From Auanema rhodensis (Eukaryota; Animalia; Nematoda), in assembly GCA_964057225.1 (NCBI GenBank), contig OZ059899.1, forward strand, positions 10,416,001-10,480,000: a stretch of DNA of 64,000 nucleotides. Reading direction: 5' to 3'. Position 1 is the stretch's first letter; every line of letters begins with the position of its first letter. Below, piece by piece: positions 63,501 through 64,000 of the stretch. The notes beneath the pieces are model-generated. The model made no database searches. It had not been told where the DNA came from and saw nothing but the letters and a program-made list of their open reading frames with translations. Made by a program: the position numbers and the translations under genes.

Positions 63501-64000
63501 ATCCAATTTAAACTTATACATTTACTTCGATAAAGAGCCTATTAGTTTGAAATTTTATGTCTTACAGTTCTCCAACAGAACAGACTGATCCTGATTTCTC
63601 TATGATTACATAAAACTCTCGTTTGATATGAAAAAAGAAGAGGAATAACGTTTCCAGGATGTCAATGATATCGAATCTAGTGATATTGTAAAAAAATGTA
63701 ATGTCAGCTCCATAGGTTTTCTCTTAATTTCTCTCATCACAATTGTCTTAGTTTTTTTTCTCATAAGAGTTTCTGAAATCTTAGGTGAACAAGGCCGTAT
63801 ATATTTTTTTCTGGAATTCGAAAGCATTTGGGATGGAAATTAGAAAGAAAAGAACCAGTTTTTCCTACTTTAAAACAAACAATAAGAAATAAAATAAAAA
63901 AGATTGTTAGATATCCAATTTAAACTTATACACTTACTTCGATAAAGAGCCTATTAGTTTGAAATTTTATGTCTTACAGTTCTCCAACAGAACAGACTGA
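60598..64000 (+). repeat. Higher-order duplicate of about 49100-52502 (offset 11,498 bp)
   Basis: Pairs 49630/61128, 50875/62373, 51697/63195 and 52108/63606 differ by 11,498. Shared variants are AGTTATACAA, TGAATTCTTAGG, GATATGAAAA and TACACTTACT. Confidence 0.87.
61128..61200 (+). tRNA. tRNA-Arg(ACG), copy 24
   Basis: Identical to copy 1. Confidence 0.96.

Larger units (their letters stand above)
1..64000 (+). repeat. Tandem satellite/tDNA array of 410-412 bp tRNA-less monomers interspersed with 24 tRNA-Arg(ACG)-bearing 607-682 bp monomers; runs off both window ends
   Basis: The motif ATATCCAATTTAAACTTATAC recurs at 1, 413, 823, 1233 and onward to the end. The long unit at 2057-2663 is 607 bp. 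All units share one orientation and differ by only a few SNPs or homopolymer lengths. Confidence 0.99.

Noticed and set aside
1-64000. CRISPR array, phage/integrative element at a tRNA att site, or autonomous transposon
   Set aside because: There are no unique spacers, no cas, integrase or transposase ORFs, and no terminal repeats. The 'inserted' segment is the same in every long unit.
1-64000. Assembly or rolling-circle amplification artefact
   Set aside because: Variants are linked into consistent haplotypes and nested higher-order blocks, unlike random read error. The exact unit order still needs long-read confirmation.

Overview
The whole 64 kb is one head-to-tail, AT-rich eukaryotic tandem array of roughly 143 units (estimated from unit lengths), with no credible protein-coding genes. 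Two related unit types are interspersed. The first is 24 long units (607-609 bp, or about 682 bp in five copies with a 73-bp internal duplication). Each carries an intron-less, CCA-less tRNA-Arg(ACG) gene on the + strand with Pol III A/B boxes and an oligo-T terminator. The second is about 119 short units (410-412 bp), which are the same unit with about 197 bp removed. The deletion leaves only the first 5 nt of the tRNA (GGCCG) at a shared junction. The array therefore looks like a tRNA gene array being converted into a gene-less satellite DNA. Diagnostic SNPs reveal nested higher-order duplications (offsets of 823, 1018, 1430, 3563, 4091, 4311, 11498 and 13524 bp), recombinant units, and two tRNA copies with structure-damaging mutations. 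The tRNA is metazoan-type and, from memory only, close to nematode tRNA-Arg(ACG).
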